Positions 43,268-53,682 of a stretch of 64,000 bases of DNA are shown in pieces (the first letter of the stretch is position 1; each line of letters starts with the position of its first letter). The notes beneath the pieces are model-generated. The model searched no databases, was not told the DNA's origin, and worked only from the letters and a program-made list of their open reading frames with translations. The DNA is from Barthelona sp. PCE (Eukaryota). Position numbers and translations under genes: made by a program. Location: NCBI GenBank assembly GCA_040285745.1, contig JAUFOR010000002.1:1-64000 (forward strand). Reading direction: 5' to 3'.

Positions 43268-44525
43268 ATGAAGGGTATTTTTGTACTTTTGGTTGCTTTC
43301 GCGATGGTATTTGTATGTGATTAATTTATTGAAAATGTTTGTTCCTAACATTTAGGCCTTAGAGGCTGTTGTACCCGAAAAGGAGCCTATCTTCTTCGAT
43401 AACTTCGACAATCTCGACAAGTGGGTCGTTTCCACCAAACCCGGTTTCACTGGAAAGTGGGAGAACGTTGTCCCCCAAGCACCTGCTGGTTACCCTAATG
43501 ATAAGGGACTTATGGTTGCTTCACCCGCAAGAAAGCACGCCATTATTGCCGGTTTCCCTACTTATAATATTGATTTGAACAAGGATTCACTCATTGTTCA
43601 GTATGAAGTTCGTTTCCAAAAGTCTCACCAATGCGGTGGTGCGTATCTCAAAATCACTCGTGAAGACATTGGTGCCAACTTTGAGGATAAGACTCCTTAT
43701 GGTATCATGTTTGGCCCCGATTATTGTGGTGGAAACAACAAGGTTCACTTGATTCTGCAATATCCCGTCGCTTCGGGTGGATATCAGGAGAAGCATCTGA
43801 CCAATCCCCCAAGAATCAAGCATGATGAGATCTCCCATCTCTACACTCTTGTTCTTTCTAAAAACCATTACAAGGTTATTATTGATGGTTCTGTTGCCAA
43901 GGAGGGCAAGCTCTCCACCGACTTCGATCCCGCCATCGAACTTCCCAAGACCATTGAAGATCCCACCGACAAGAAACCCGCTACATGGGACGACCGTAAG
44001 CAGATTCCCGACCCCGAGAAGGCAGATGCCCCAGAGGACTGGCCAGTTGAGTTCATTGCCGACGATACCGAGATCCCTGAATACTGGGATGAGGAGGAAG
44101 ACGGTGAGTGGGAGGCACCCATGATGCCCAACCCAGAGTTCGTTCCGTACACAGCTCCTTTGATTGATAATCCTGACTATATGGGCGAGTATATTGTCCA
44201 GAAGATCGAGAACCCAGAGTATGTTGAGGTCGATAGCGCTGTTGTTGGTCCAATTTCGGGTGTTGGTATTGACATCTGGACCATGCAAGACAAGATTTTG
44301 TTTGATAACGTTCTCATCACTACACACGATAGCGATCGTCTCTTGCTCGAGGACTACTGGAAGGGTAAATTCGACATCGAGTCTGCCGCCAAGCGTGAGA
44401 AGGAGGAGGCCGATCGAAAGATTGCCGAAGAAGAACGCAAGCAGCGTGAAGCTGAAGAAGCTCTCCAAAAGGAAATTGAGGAAGAGGAGGTTGAGATCGA
44501 TTACGATTTCGCTGAAGACCTTTAA
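43268..44525 (+). CDS. Calnexin/calreticulin-family ER lectin chaperone, soluble, ending AEDL; exons 43268-43312 and 43356-44525
   Basis: Signal peptide MKGIFVLLVAFAMVF^ALEA; CGGAYLK, IMFGPDYCG, P-domain DP..KP..WD / GEWEAPMMPNP; no TM; acidic tail. Confidence 0.92.
43313..43355 (+). other. Spliceosomal intron, 43 nt
   Basis: GTATGT...CCTAACATTTAG; removal joins the signal peptide in frame to the 43512 ORF. Confidence 0.9.
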
Positions 44526-44678
44526 GTAGTAAATTGTTGAGTTGATGAAAGAACAGGCTAACATATGTTTTAGATTAAAGTAAATATTTATCTTCAACGA
44601 TAGTTTTTATCGCTCAAAGACCCAATATGCCCTATAAAATAACGATAACACTGTTTTCGTTATTTTACCATATCTCGC

Positions 44679-47600
44679 ATGTTAGATCTTAAGGGATTTA
44701 GTAAACGGACGCAGCAATTCATAGAGAATCTTGCGTCTCAGTGCGAAGATACCCAAAGTCAGCGTGAGTTAATGATATTTGTGGAAGAAATTTTGCTTTT
44801 GTCAAAAACCAAAGATGAACTGCAATCACAGATCGAGGACAACCGTGCACGAGAAAAGGGCCTTGCTTTACAGAAGAAGAGCGTTGACGATGCAAACAAT
44901 GAGATTGCTCGATTGCGTTCTTTAAATGAAGAGGCTGTTAGCAATTTTTCGTCTCTTAAAGCGGAGCACGACAACCTTAACGACGTTGCAAGCAAAATGG
45001 AGGGTGTTATTATGGATTATAGAAGTCAAATAACTCAGTTATCTTCGGAAAACGAAGCGTTGGGTTCGCGAGTTGAAAAGCTCATGGATGATCTGGACAG
45101 AACTCCCACAGCATCCGAGGAAGGCGACGTTGCTGAATTACAAGAGCGTATGAATGCTTTACAGGAAGAAATCATTGCTCTTCGACTTGATATGTCAACA
45201 AAGGATGAGGAGCTGCATTTGATGCGCCAGTCATACGTGTCGTCAACAGTTGCAACAGATGATGCCAGCATTGGGTTGGAAAAGGAGCTTGAGAGGGCAA
45301 ATCTGACGATTGAACTTCTTAACAGACAGGTTGAACAGGGAAGCGCTGCTGATGAGGACATGGCAACCAATCTTGCGCTGTTTGCGACCGAAAACAGGAT
45401 GTTGGAAGAGAGGCTCGAGGGCTACGAAGAGCTGAAACAGGAGAACGAGAATCTCCAAGAGCAGCTGAGTCTCGCCAACGAGCTGCTCGTTGCGCACAGT
45501 CTTGATGACCACATAACGGACGGAGAAGGCGATCTAGTACAGCAACTCTCACACACGGTGTCCGTAAACAACTCAACAATAGCTTCCTTGCGAGCGGAGC
45601 TTGACGAGCGCGAAACGCACATTTCTACTTTGAAGCACAGATGCCAAGAGCTCGACGACATGGACGTGAAGGTTGCTTCTCTGCAGACGCGACTCGACGC
45701 AAAGACAGAGCTGGCGGCAGACTACAAGAAGCAGATGAGTGCGATGCAGGATGAACTAGATGGCATCCCTGATATTCTAAAAGGAACAGCTACACTCGAG
45801 GCATCTATTGAGGCGCTCAACGCAGAAATATTCTCACTACGTGAAGCTAACGAGGCTCAGATGATGGAATTAAGGGTGCTGAATGAGAAGTATACACGAG
45901 AGAAGGAGGAGAATAGCAGAATGTCTTTGGAGAGCGTGAGCGTTGAGCGTATTCTATCTGACTTTGAGATGACAACGAACAAACTCAGGGAACAGCATCA
46001 GGTTGAGGTTTTGAGGTTGGAGAAGCAGTTGAATGATGTACGTGCTGAGTGTGTTGTTCAGGCCACACAACTCAAGTCTGTTGACGGGGAGCGCATAGAA
46101 AAGCTCGAAACAGATCTCAAGATGAAGGAGAAACTCGTAAACACACTGTCTTCATCGCTCAGTGACTATCAAGAAATTGGAACTGTTGACGAGTGCAATT
46201 ACTACGCACAGCTTGCCGCAGAGCACGCACAACTTGATGCAGAGCATGCAGATCTCGTGTTAGAGCATGATCGTGTCAGTAAGGCCGCAGCCGCATCAGA
46301 AGATCGAGTCACTGAGCTAGAGACCGAATTTGGAAGAGCTCAGCGAGATCAGTTTATGTCCAACGAGGCTCGTGATGCCGCCGTTCGTGAGGCAGTATTG
46401 CTCAAGGAGGAGTTGATTTTGAAGACGGAAGAACTCGAGTACAGCTGTATGAAGCTGAAGAAGGTTGACGAAGCACTCACCAAGGCGCTTGCGGCAGAGA
46501 GCGAGATGAAGCAGGCGCTGGAGAGGCGTAACTTCGAGCTTGGCAGACAGTCGACGATTGTCACAGAGTTGCGCACAGAGTTATCAAGTTCACAAAGCGT
46601 GGAGAGCATCACTGAGCTCGACCGTCTGCGCAAGCGTATTGATCAGCTCAAACGTGCAAACGCAAAAGCCATCAAAGAAAATGTCGTTCTTGCACGTCGC
46701 ATCGTTGGTCTCAAGCACATTCCCGAGGATGACGACGTTGCAGCGCGTGCACAGGAGCTGGTGGAGATGAGCAATGCGCTCGATGATGTCACAAAGGAAA
46801 GAGATGCGCTCGAGAAGCAGTTTACCGCCCTCAAGGAACAACACGCATCTTTTGTAGCCCGTAACACGTTTGACGTGGAGCGCATGAAGCAGCTGGCATG
46901 GCTGCAGGACTCGAACAAATACCTCCGATCTGAGCTTGAAGGAGAGCGTGAGAAGCAAACACTGGCGGAGGAGCTCAAGACAGAATGCGATAAACTGCAG
47001 GAGGCCAACATAGAGCTGGAACATAAACTTGACACAGAGCTTGGCGCGGTGACAGAGAAGCACGAGGCGCTGCAGATAAGATATGAGGACGCTCTATCGA
47101 AAAACGCAAAGTGTTTGAATCAGCTCAAGGTTCTCACAAAACAGACAGCTCATCAAAAGATTATTATTGCGAACCAGAAGCAGGCTGCACAGGCAATGCA
47201 GCAGGAGCTAACACAAGCACAAGAAAGAGCAGGAAAAGCCGTTGCAATTGATAAGGATGCCCGATTGGTTGCGTTGCTGCAGAGATCTGCATCCATGCTT
47301 CGCACAGCGTACGAGGATGGAGATGATATCTCTGTCAGAGAGCCCAAAAAAGAGCAAGCGGCAAAGCCCAAAAAAGAATCCAAGCCCAAAAAGGAATCCA
47401 AGCCCAAAAAGGAATCAAAGACTAGTAAGAATAGTAAGGATGATATTAAAGAGGTTATAGATGTCGTTGAACCCAAGCGCACTGCCTCAAACAGCGTGAA
47501 CGTACAGGAACAGAGCACGGAGCCTGCAATTAAGAAACAGAAAGTGAGTGACGTACCATCACCTGATGAAATCGAACCACTACCGCACGCTGAGGTCTTC

Positions 47601-48545
47601 CAGTTTCTGAACTCATTTGTCGAGCGATTTAACGAGCGTCTTTCCGCTGAACCCCCAATTGCAATCATGTCTGTGCTTCGAAAAATGGGCTTGAAGCCAA
47701 ATACACCAGTTGAGCAGTTTCTGGAGGTTACATACAGTAAGATTTTGTCACAAACAGACTTCACTAGGGATAGGAACGTGTATGATATGCACCGTTACCT
47801 TTCAAAAACGCTTGATGAGTTAGTGTCGTTTGGTCAGGAAATTTTGTGTAATGATGAGATTCTCTGGGCAATTGTTGTACAGTACGGTAAGGTCGATCCC
47901 AATTCTACGAGGGTGGAGATGCTATGCGGAGCCCTGCTTTCACTTTTCGAGAAATACTTTTCCGATTCTGTTGCAATTGCAGAAGAAGTTGAAGAGGATA
48001 TTGTTGAGCCCACTACTCAAGAGGAAGAGCCTACTATTCAAGAGGATATTGTTGAGCCCACTACCCAAGAGGAAGATCCTACAGTTGAAGAGGAAACCGA
48101 TGAAGTGATGGAGGATGTAGAGGAGCTTGAATCTGAGGAACTTCAAATGGAAGAGGAGCCTGCTGAGGAGACTGAGATAGTCTATGATTCACCCACAGAA
48201 AATCTTGAAGATCCTCAGGAAAGCATTGATGAAAGCATTGAAGACATGGAGGAGGCTGTTGAAGAGACTGTTGAGGAAGATGAAGAAGAAGATGAGTATG
48301 AGGAAACACGTGCTAGGCTACGAGAGATATATGCTGAGGAACTTGAGCTCCCCACTGACGTTGAAGAGATGGAAGAGGAAGAAGAAGCGGTTGAAAGTCC
48401 TGAACCTGAACCTGAGCAAGAACCTGAACAAGAACTTGAAGATGAAGAAGAAGAACTAGAAGAAGAAGAAATACATGAAGAAATCATAGATGACGAAGTA
48501 GAACTCTCAGACGATGATTTTGATGTAAGTGACATTGAGATGTAG
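44679..48545 (+). CDS. Large coiled-coil protein with very acidic C-terminal tail
   Basis: 1288-aa ORF, ~870 aa of heptads, KPKKES x3, E/D-rich tail. Confidence 0.85.
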   Translation: MLDLKGFSKRTQQFIENLASQCEDTQSQRELMIFVEEILLLSKTKDELQSQIEDNRAREKGLALQKKSVDDANNEIARLRSLNEEAVSNFSSLKAEHDNLNDVASKMEGVIMDYRSQITQLSSENEALGSRVEKLMDDLDRTPTASEEGDVAELQERMNALQEEIIALRLDMSTKDEELHLMRQSYVSSTVATDDASIGLEKELERANLTIELLNRQVEQGSAADEDMATNLALFATENRMLEERLEGYEELKQENENLQEQLSLANELLVAHSLDDHITDGEGDLVQQLSHTVSVNNSTIASLRAELDERETHISTLKHRCQELDDMDVKVASLQTRLDAKTELAADYKKQMSAMQDELDGIPDILKGTATLEASIEALNAEIFSLREANEAQMMELRVLNEKYTREKEENSRMSLESVSVERILSDFEMTTNKLREQHQVEVLRLEKQLNDVRAECVVQATQLKSVDGERIEKLETDLKMKEKLVNTLSSSLSDYQEIGTVDECNYYAQLAAEHAQLDAEHADLVLEHDRVSKAAAASEDRVTELETEFGRAQRDQFMSNEARDAAVREAVLLKEELILKTEELEYSCMKLKKVDEALTKALAAESEMKQALERRNFELGRQSTIVTELRTELSSSQSVESITELDRLRKRIDQLKRANAKAIKENVVLARRIVGLKHIPEDDDVAARAQELVEMSNALDDVTKERDALEKQFTALKEQHASFVARNTFDVERMKQLAWLQDSNKYLRSELEGEREKQTLAEELKTECDKLQEANIELEHKLDTELGAVTEKHEALQIRYEDALSKNAKCLNQLKVLTKQTAHQKIIIANQKQAAQAMQQELTQAQERAGKAVAIDKDARLVALLQRSASMLRTAYEDGDDISVREPKKEQAAKPKKESKPKKESKPKKESKTSKNSKDDIKEVIDVVEPKRTASNSVNVQEQSTEPAIKKQKVSDVPSPDEIEPLPHAEVFQFLNSFVERFNERLSAEPPIAIMSVLRKMGLKPNTPVEQFLEVTYSKILSQTDFTRDRNVYDMHRYLSKTLDELVSFGQEILCNDEILWAIVVQYGKVDPNSTRVEMLCGALLSLFEKYFSDSVAIAEEVEEDIVEPTTQEEEPTIQEDIVEPTTQEEDPTVEEETDEVMEDVEELESEELQMEEEPAEETEIVYDSPTENLEDPQESIDESIEDMEEAVEETVEEDEEEDEYEETRARLREIYAEELELPTDVEEMEEEEEAVESPEPEPEQEPEQELEDEEEELEEEEIHEEIIDDEVELSDDDFDVSDIEM
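47364..47417 (+). repeat. Coding 18-bp tandem repeat x3 (KPKKES)
   Basis: AAGCCCAAAAARGAATC[C/A] x3. Confidence 0.9.
47992..48083 (+). repeat. Coding 48-bp duplication (EDIVEPTTQEE x2)
   Basis: AAGAGGATATTGTTGAGCCCACTAC at 47992 and 48040. Confidence 0.85.
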
Positions 48546-48595
48546 TCAATAAACATTAGTCAATATTGAAAAAAATTTTTATTAAAAAAGTCAAA

Positions 48596-50110
48596 TTACA
48601 CAACTGTATCTGTGATCTCAGCAACAATCTCAAGCAGCACAGGGCTGAGTGTCTTGAGATATTCACGGGTCTGCTCCATCGCAAAGCCAACTGGTACGTT
48701 CGCTAGAAGCTCCTCCCAGTTTATGTGATATGCGTTAAAAGCATCTTTGAGATCGTCAACTAACGTATGAGGCTTGCCGAGCTTTAAGTTCTTCGATGCA
48801 GCCCAGGTGAGCTGCCTAATAACCTCGTGTAACTCCTGTCTGTCGCCGCCTTGTTGAACAGCAATCATCAGTATGTTTTCAGTGATTAAAAAAGGCATCC
48901 ATTTGCTGACATTAGCTGCGATAACATCGTTGTTAACACGAAGACCGCCGTTGGCAAAGTAGGAGTGGAGCACATTCATAATGGAGTCGGCTGTCAGCAT
49001 TCCCTCGGCTAGGGTCACACGATTGGTAGAGCTATCGTCGAGTGTGCGCTCCATCCACTGTTCTGCTGCGGTATCATTGACAATAGGAGCAAACCCAAGA
49101 AGCACACGTGCAAGGCCACCGATACGCTCGGAGCGCATTGGGTTTGCCTTGAAGGGCATTGCAGAGGAGCCAACCTGCGTCTTCTTCTGCGGTTCTTCGA
49201 TCTCAAACATATGTGAGAGTAGTCTCAGATCAGTAGACATCTTCTTTGCAGCCTGAGCGAGAGCCGCAAGCGCAGAAAACACACCGCTATTGACAATACG
49301 AGGGTAAACTTGCCCGCAAACGGGAAAAGACCCCATATTAGGTCTGTTGAGTAACCGCCCAATGTCGAGCGATACGTGATCCTCAAGCTGCTTGACGGTG
49401 CAGTAGCCTCCGAAGAGCTCCTCAAAGGATGCCTGTGTGCCCGTAGCACCCTTTATGGAGCGTAAACGCATTTGATGCATGTTGAACGTGATTGCAGACA
49501 GGGCATACTCGAAGTCTTGGAGCCATAGCGAAGCGCGCTTGCCGACGGTAGTGGGCATGGCAACCTGCAGATGGGTGAATCCTACACATGGGGTGGCGGA
49601 GTGCTCATAGCAGAAAGAGCTGAGATGCTTCATGAATTTCAGCAACTTTGTCCTAATTAGTGTGAGGCTCTCATACAGTCGTGTGATGTCTGTATTGCAT
49701 TTCACATACTGAGAAGTAGCACCAGCATGAATTATAGGGGCAGCAGCAGGATACTTGGCACCTACGGCGTGGATTGCAGCCATAACGTCGTGTCTGAGTC
49801 TATCCTCGAAAACTGCCACCTCCTCCATTGTGGGAGGTTCGTTGACAGCGGACTCCAGCGCAGATATCGCGTCATCGGCGATGTCCATTCCGAATTTCTT
49901 CTGGTTACGAGCCAGGATAAGCCACAGTTGAATCCACCACTTTAGCTGGTGCTGGTTCGACCAAATATGAGACATCTCATTTGATGCGTATCTACAGAGA
50001 GGGCTGCGGAACGAGCCGTGCGTGGGGTGTGGATTGTTCAACTCTAGAAGAGTTTCGTTAAGATGGGAGGGCAAAGAGTGCATGCCCTTAAACATTTCCA
50101 TGGTTGTCAT
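48596..50110 (-). CDS. ADSL: Adenylosuccinate lyase
   Basis: RSPLCRYAS, RHDVMA, HAGATS, GFTHLQ, KGATGTQASF, GSSAMPFKANP, ERTLDDS; exact start uncertain. Confidence 0.95.
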   Translation of the reverse strand: MTTMEMFKGMHSLPSHLNETLLELNNPHPTHGSFRSPLCRYASNEMSHIWSNQHQLKWWIQLWLILARNQKKFGMDIADDAISALESAVNEPPTMEEVAVFEDRLRHDVMAAIHAVGAKYPAAAPIIHAGATSQYVKCNTDITRLYESLTLIRTKLLKFMKHLSSFCYEHSATPCVGFTHLQVAMPTTVGKRASLWLQDFEYALSAITFNMHQMRLRSIKGATGTQASFEELFGGYCTVKQLEDHVSLDIGRLLNRPNMGSFPVCGQVYPRIVNSGVFSALAALAQAAKKMSTDLRLLSHMFEIEEPQKKTQVGSSAMPFKANPMRSERIGGLARVLLGFAPIVNDTAAEQWMERTLDDSSTNRVTLAEGMLTADSIMNVLHSYFANGGLRVNNDVIAANVSKWMPFLITENILMIAVQQGGDRQELHEVIRQLTWAASKNLKLGKPHTLVDDLKDAFNAYHINWEELLANVPVGFAMEQTREYLKTLSPVLLEIVAEITDTVV

Positions 50111-50446
50111 GATGAAAGGTACTTGGATTATGGGAAAAAAAGAAAAAGCAACCGAAAAGTAAACAAGCCCATTCCTTGCGTTGGACCCATTCATGGTTGC
50201 CCAAATTTTGTGAGTTTGTGATGTTTGGATATTCAAAAAAGTAACACAATTCATGGGCTTCCTAAATCTACCCATATCTGTGTGATTGCTTTAATATCTG
50301 GCCCATTTAGTGCCTGGATTAGGTTCGCATCTGCAAGCTGTGCACGAAACAGCACAAAAATCGACTATAAATGATGAAAGAGGTAAGAAAAAGTCTATTA
50401 CCCAGAAAGTGCTTTCGCATTATTCTTCCTTTATTACATTTTTGAA

Positions 50447-52498
50447 ATGGGTATTTCTTTGGTAATTGAGGATCCTAAGCAGTGGTGCGATGATTTTGTG
50501 AAACAATATCGTGAAATGGAGCGTATTTATGTTGAAGCGCATCAAGTGCTTCCTGAGAAACTATTATATGTCAAAACCAATCCTGTTCGTCAGCCTCTAT
50601 GTTGGTATTTGGGTCATACAGCTTCATTCGCAATGAACAAAATGCGTATTTCTGGATTAATCTCCCATTACGTAGATAAGGAGCTAGAATCGTTGTTTGC
50701 AGTTGGAGTCGACGAGATGAACTGGGACAGCCTATTACCAGACCATGATGAGCGGTTGAGCATTGAAAAGATTTATGCATTCCGCACTGCAGTATTTGAT
50801 GTGGTTGAGGAGGTTGTGCGTCGTACAATAACATCACCCATGTGTATTGAGTACCATAGCCGTGAGTACGTTTTCCCAATGATTGTTGCCCACACAGCTA
50901 TCCACTTTGAGACGAGTGTTGCTAACATGATATACCTTGACCCGAGAACTGATCTGACGCCCATGGACATGTTCGAGCCCAGGCTGAGATGCACTAGGAT
51001 TGAGGATAATGGGTTTGCTCATGTAAGTGCAGGTACAGTTTGTATAGAGAACTCAGCCGCTGTCGATCTCAGGTTTATGTGGGACAATGAAACTGGTCGA
51101 TTCACGGACGACGTACCAGCTTTCGAAATAGCAAGATGTCTCATCAGTAATGCAGAGTACCTCCCTTTTGTCGAGGAAGGGTGTTATTCGAAGAAAGAAT
51201 ATTGGACAGATGAAGGGTGGGAGATGATTAAAGCCACAAAACTATCAAAACCTGTGACATGGCTGGAGCGAAATGGCGATGGATACATGATTAAGTTGGT
51301 TGATCGTGTTGTGGAGTGGGCACCGGATCTTCCCACGGTCGTCACCAATCACGAGGCCACCGCATTTGCCAAATACATGGCCTGTAAGACGGGCAAAAAG
51401 TATGCATTACCGACTGAAGGACAGTATTATCGAGTGCTTGACTTGTGCGACGATTTATCAAAGGCAAATCACGGATTGCGCCACGGGTGTTCGATGTGCG
51501 CTGTAGATGTGTTCAAGCACAGGATCGGAGATGACTACATGTTTGATCTTGTTGGCAATTTGTGGTATCACGCTTCAACAACAATATTCCCGTTCCAAGG
51601 ATCACAAGTGCAGCCGTACTACATCGATTTTTCATTGCCAACTTACGGAGATGATCACACAATGTTGTTGGGCAGTAGTTTCTTGTCCACAAAGAACGAG
51701 GCACATCCGTACTCACGCTACGCTTTTAGACCGCATTTCCCCCAGTACGCTGCGATCCGACTGGTGATCAACGGAGAAGAGCCTAACACTCAATATTCTT
51801 CACCAAGATTCACAGATAAAGAAGTAGTCCACATGCTTGAACTAGAATATGCTCATAACAATAATGTCTCACATGCGTCTATTGCTCAACAACTCGCAAG
51901 ATACGTGTCCGGTAATGTGCTCCACATTGGCGCTCGCACTGGACGTGTTTGCTTCGAGATGGCACAGTTGGAAAGTGTTAAGAGTGTCATCGCAATTGAG
52001 CAATGGGCGCATTATTTAGCTGCAGCTGATCAGATAAGGCAGAGAGGCCAGTGCTTCTACGTTATGGACCTGGACCTTGATGGTGCAGAGCTAATGAGAG
52101 AGGCTAACTTTGTTCAGACTGAGCACTGTGCGAGGAAAGTTGAGTTTGTTCAGTGCGATGCCATCAATCCTGCCCCGTACTTCGAAGCTCGAGAGAGCTT
52201 CGATACAGCATTGTTTACGTTTGTTGATAGGTGCCCAACAATGGAGGAGCATCTGAGAATTTTGTACAGGCACGTTAAGGGTCGTGTTATCATTTTTGGT
52301 GACTATAGACCAGTTCAAGGCCGTCGTTTTGATGCAATAGTTGACGGAGAATATGTTTCGCGTGAAGCGGGATTCCAGAAATTGATCGAAGATGCAGGTT
52401 TTACTGTTGTTGATCTGCAGGCGCTTCCATATCTTGAACAACTTTCACAGCATGCTGTGGCTATTTCCAGCGGAACTATCTTTGTATGTGAACACTAA
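50447..52498 (+). CDS. ovoA: OvoA-like 5-histidylcysteine sulfoxide synthase/methyltransferase (ovothiol biosynthesis)
   Basis: DinB-like RQPLCWYLGHTA, FAVGVDEMNWD, HxxxHxE (HTAIHFETS); FGE-like domain with WDNE, YIDFSLPT, RYAFRPHF; C-terminal SAM-MTase domain. Confidence 0.9.
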   Translation: MGISLVIEDPKQWCDDFVKQYREMERIYVEAHQVLPEKLLYVKTNPVRQPLCWYLGHTASFAMNKMRISGLISHYVDKELESLFAVGVDEMNWDSLLPDHDERLSIEKIYAFRTAVFDVVEEVVRRTITSPMCIEYHSREYVFPMIVAHTAIHFETSVANMIYLDPRTDLTPMDMFEPRLRCTRIEDNGFAHVSAGTVCIENSAAVDLRFMWDNETGRFTDDVPAFEIARCLISNAEYLPFVEEGCYSKKEYWTDEGWEMIKATKLSKPVTWLERNGDGYMIKLVDRVVEWAPDLPTVVTNHEATAFAKYMACKTGKKYALPTEGQYYRVLDLCDDLSKANHGLRHGCSMCAVDVFKHRIGDDYMFDLVGNLWYHASTTIFPFQGSQVQPYYIDFSLPTYGDDHTMLLGSSFLSTKNEAHPYSRYAFRPHFPQYAAIRLVINGEEPNTQYSSPRFTDKEVVHMLELEYAHNNNVSHASIAQQLARYVSGNVLHIGARTGRVCFEMAQLESVKSVIAIEQWAHYLAAADQIRQRGQCFYVMDLDLDGAELMREANFVQTEHCARKVEFVQCDAINPAPYFEARESFDTALFTFVDRCPTMEEHLRILYRHVKGRVIIFGDYRPVQGRRFDAIVDGEYVSREAGFQKLIEDAGFTVVDLQALPYLEQLSQHAVAISSGTIFVCEH

Positions 52499-52687
52499 AA
52501 CACTGTGTAAACAATTTTTGTAAGCAGGTTGAGTTGTGTATTTAGTGTGAACACTTATGAGCATTTTGTTGTATTTTAAACGTTGTATATTCTAATAGAA
52601 GCTCTCGTATAAGATGAAAATATGTGTTAATGATTCAATTGATGTTTTTTACATTTTCCGCTATTTTTACAACTGGAATATTGTTTT

Positions 52688-53182
52688 ATGCATTCTAAAG
52701 TCTGTTTATTGATCGCCATGATTCTGTTGGGTCAGGTTCTTGCATATCCCTCAGATTACGATAGTAATTCATATTATGGCGACTATGAATTGCAAAGCAA
52801 TGATGTAGCAGCCCGTTTATGCGAAGATGTCATGTATCCCATCCCTGGCTGCCTATTTGAGTATTCAGCTCCTTCAATTAAAGCAACACTTTCACTTCGT
52901 GCATTCAAGAGCTCGTTCAAGAAGAGCGGCTGGAGTCTGTTTGGTCTCATTGGCCACTCTAAAGGTAGTGGAAGCTCAACATATTCTCCGCTTGATTTCG
53001 ACTTTGGTTATGTCGAAGAGGGGTCAGTTTGCGTCAGAGGACTTTTTTGTAGTTCTTCAGGTGACGTTATTTGCCCACAGAAGAGTGTTGTTGATGAGTT
53101 ATTGGGTCTTCTCGCTGCCGCTAAAGACATTGAAAAGGCTGTACTCGATGAGGTTTCTTGGACAAAATTCAAGCTCCGTTAA
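52688..53182 (+). CDS. Small secreted Cys-containing hypothetical protein
   Basis: Signal peptide MHSKVCLLIAMILLGQVLA; AATAAA downstream. Confidence 0.75.
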   Translation: MHSKVCLLIAMILLGQVLAYPSDYDSNSYYGDYELQSNDVAARLCEDVMYPIPGCLFEYSAPSIKATLSLRAFKSSFKKSGWSLFGLIGHSKGSGSSTYSPLDFDFGYVEEGSVCVRGLFCSSSGDVICPQKSVVDELLGLLAAAKDIEKAVLDEVSWTKFKLR

Positions 53183-53421
53183 ACACTTAAATCAATGAAT
53201 AAAGTAATTTGCATATGTGAGATATACCAGTATCTTTAGTTTAGTGAAGATAAAGTGATTTGGCAGAGAATGCTATTATATGGGCATTTGCTCTGCTACA
53301 TCCACAAAAATATGAATGTCACCCAAATATGGATAAGTAAATGACAGAGCATAAATATGCAAAGAGTTATACAAAAAACAGGGTGTTTTGCTGAAATGTA
53401 TTCGTTTATTGAACGCTACAA

Positions 53422-53682
53422 CTACTCAGTTTCGGCGATCTTTCTGGAATAGATGTTCTTGCTAACCTGACGGATGGAACCAGCAAGGTGGAGTTCCTTA
53501 AGCACCTTTCTAGCGATTGTGACGGTGACTCTGTAGCTCTCAGCAACGACAGCAGGAGTAATGACAGTTCTCTTGGGGAGTTCTTGCTTCATCTTGGCGT
53601 AATCGCTGGGAGTGAAACCAGGAGCTCTATCACGCTTATCGCTGTTGTAACCACCACTTTTGTTCTTACCACCACCGGACAT
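53422..53682 (-). CDS. RPS25: 40S ribosomal protein eS25
   Basis: YAKMKQELPK..ITPAVVAE..VTVTIARKVLKEL..G.I..IYSR; strong codon bias. Confidence 0.9.
   Translation of the reverse strand: MSGGGKNKSGGYNSDKRDRAPGFTPSDYAKMKQELPKRTVITPAVVAESYRVTVTIARKVLKELHLAGSIRQVSKNIYSRKIAETE

Noticed and set aside
43587-44597. 336-aa antisense ORF over calnexin
   Set aside because: Mirror frame of a strongly codon-biased gene; no protein-like motifs.
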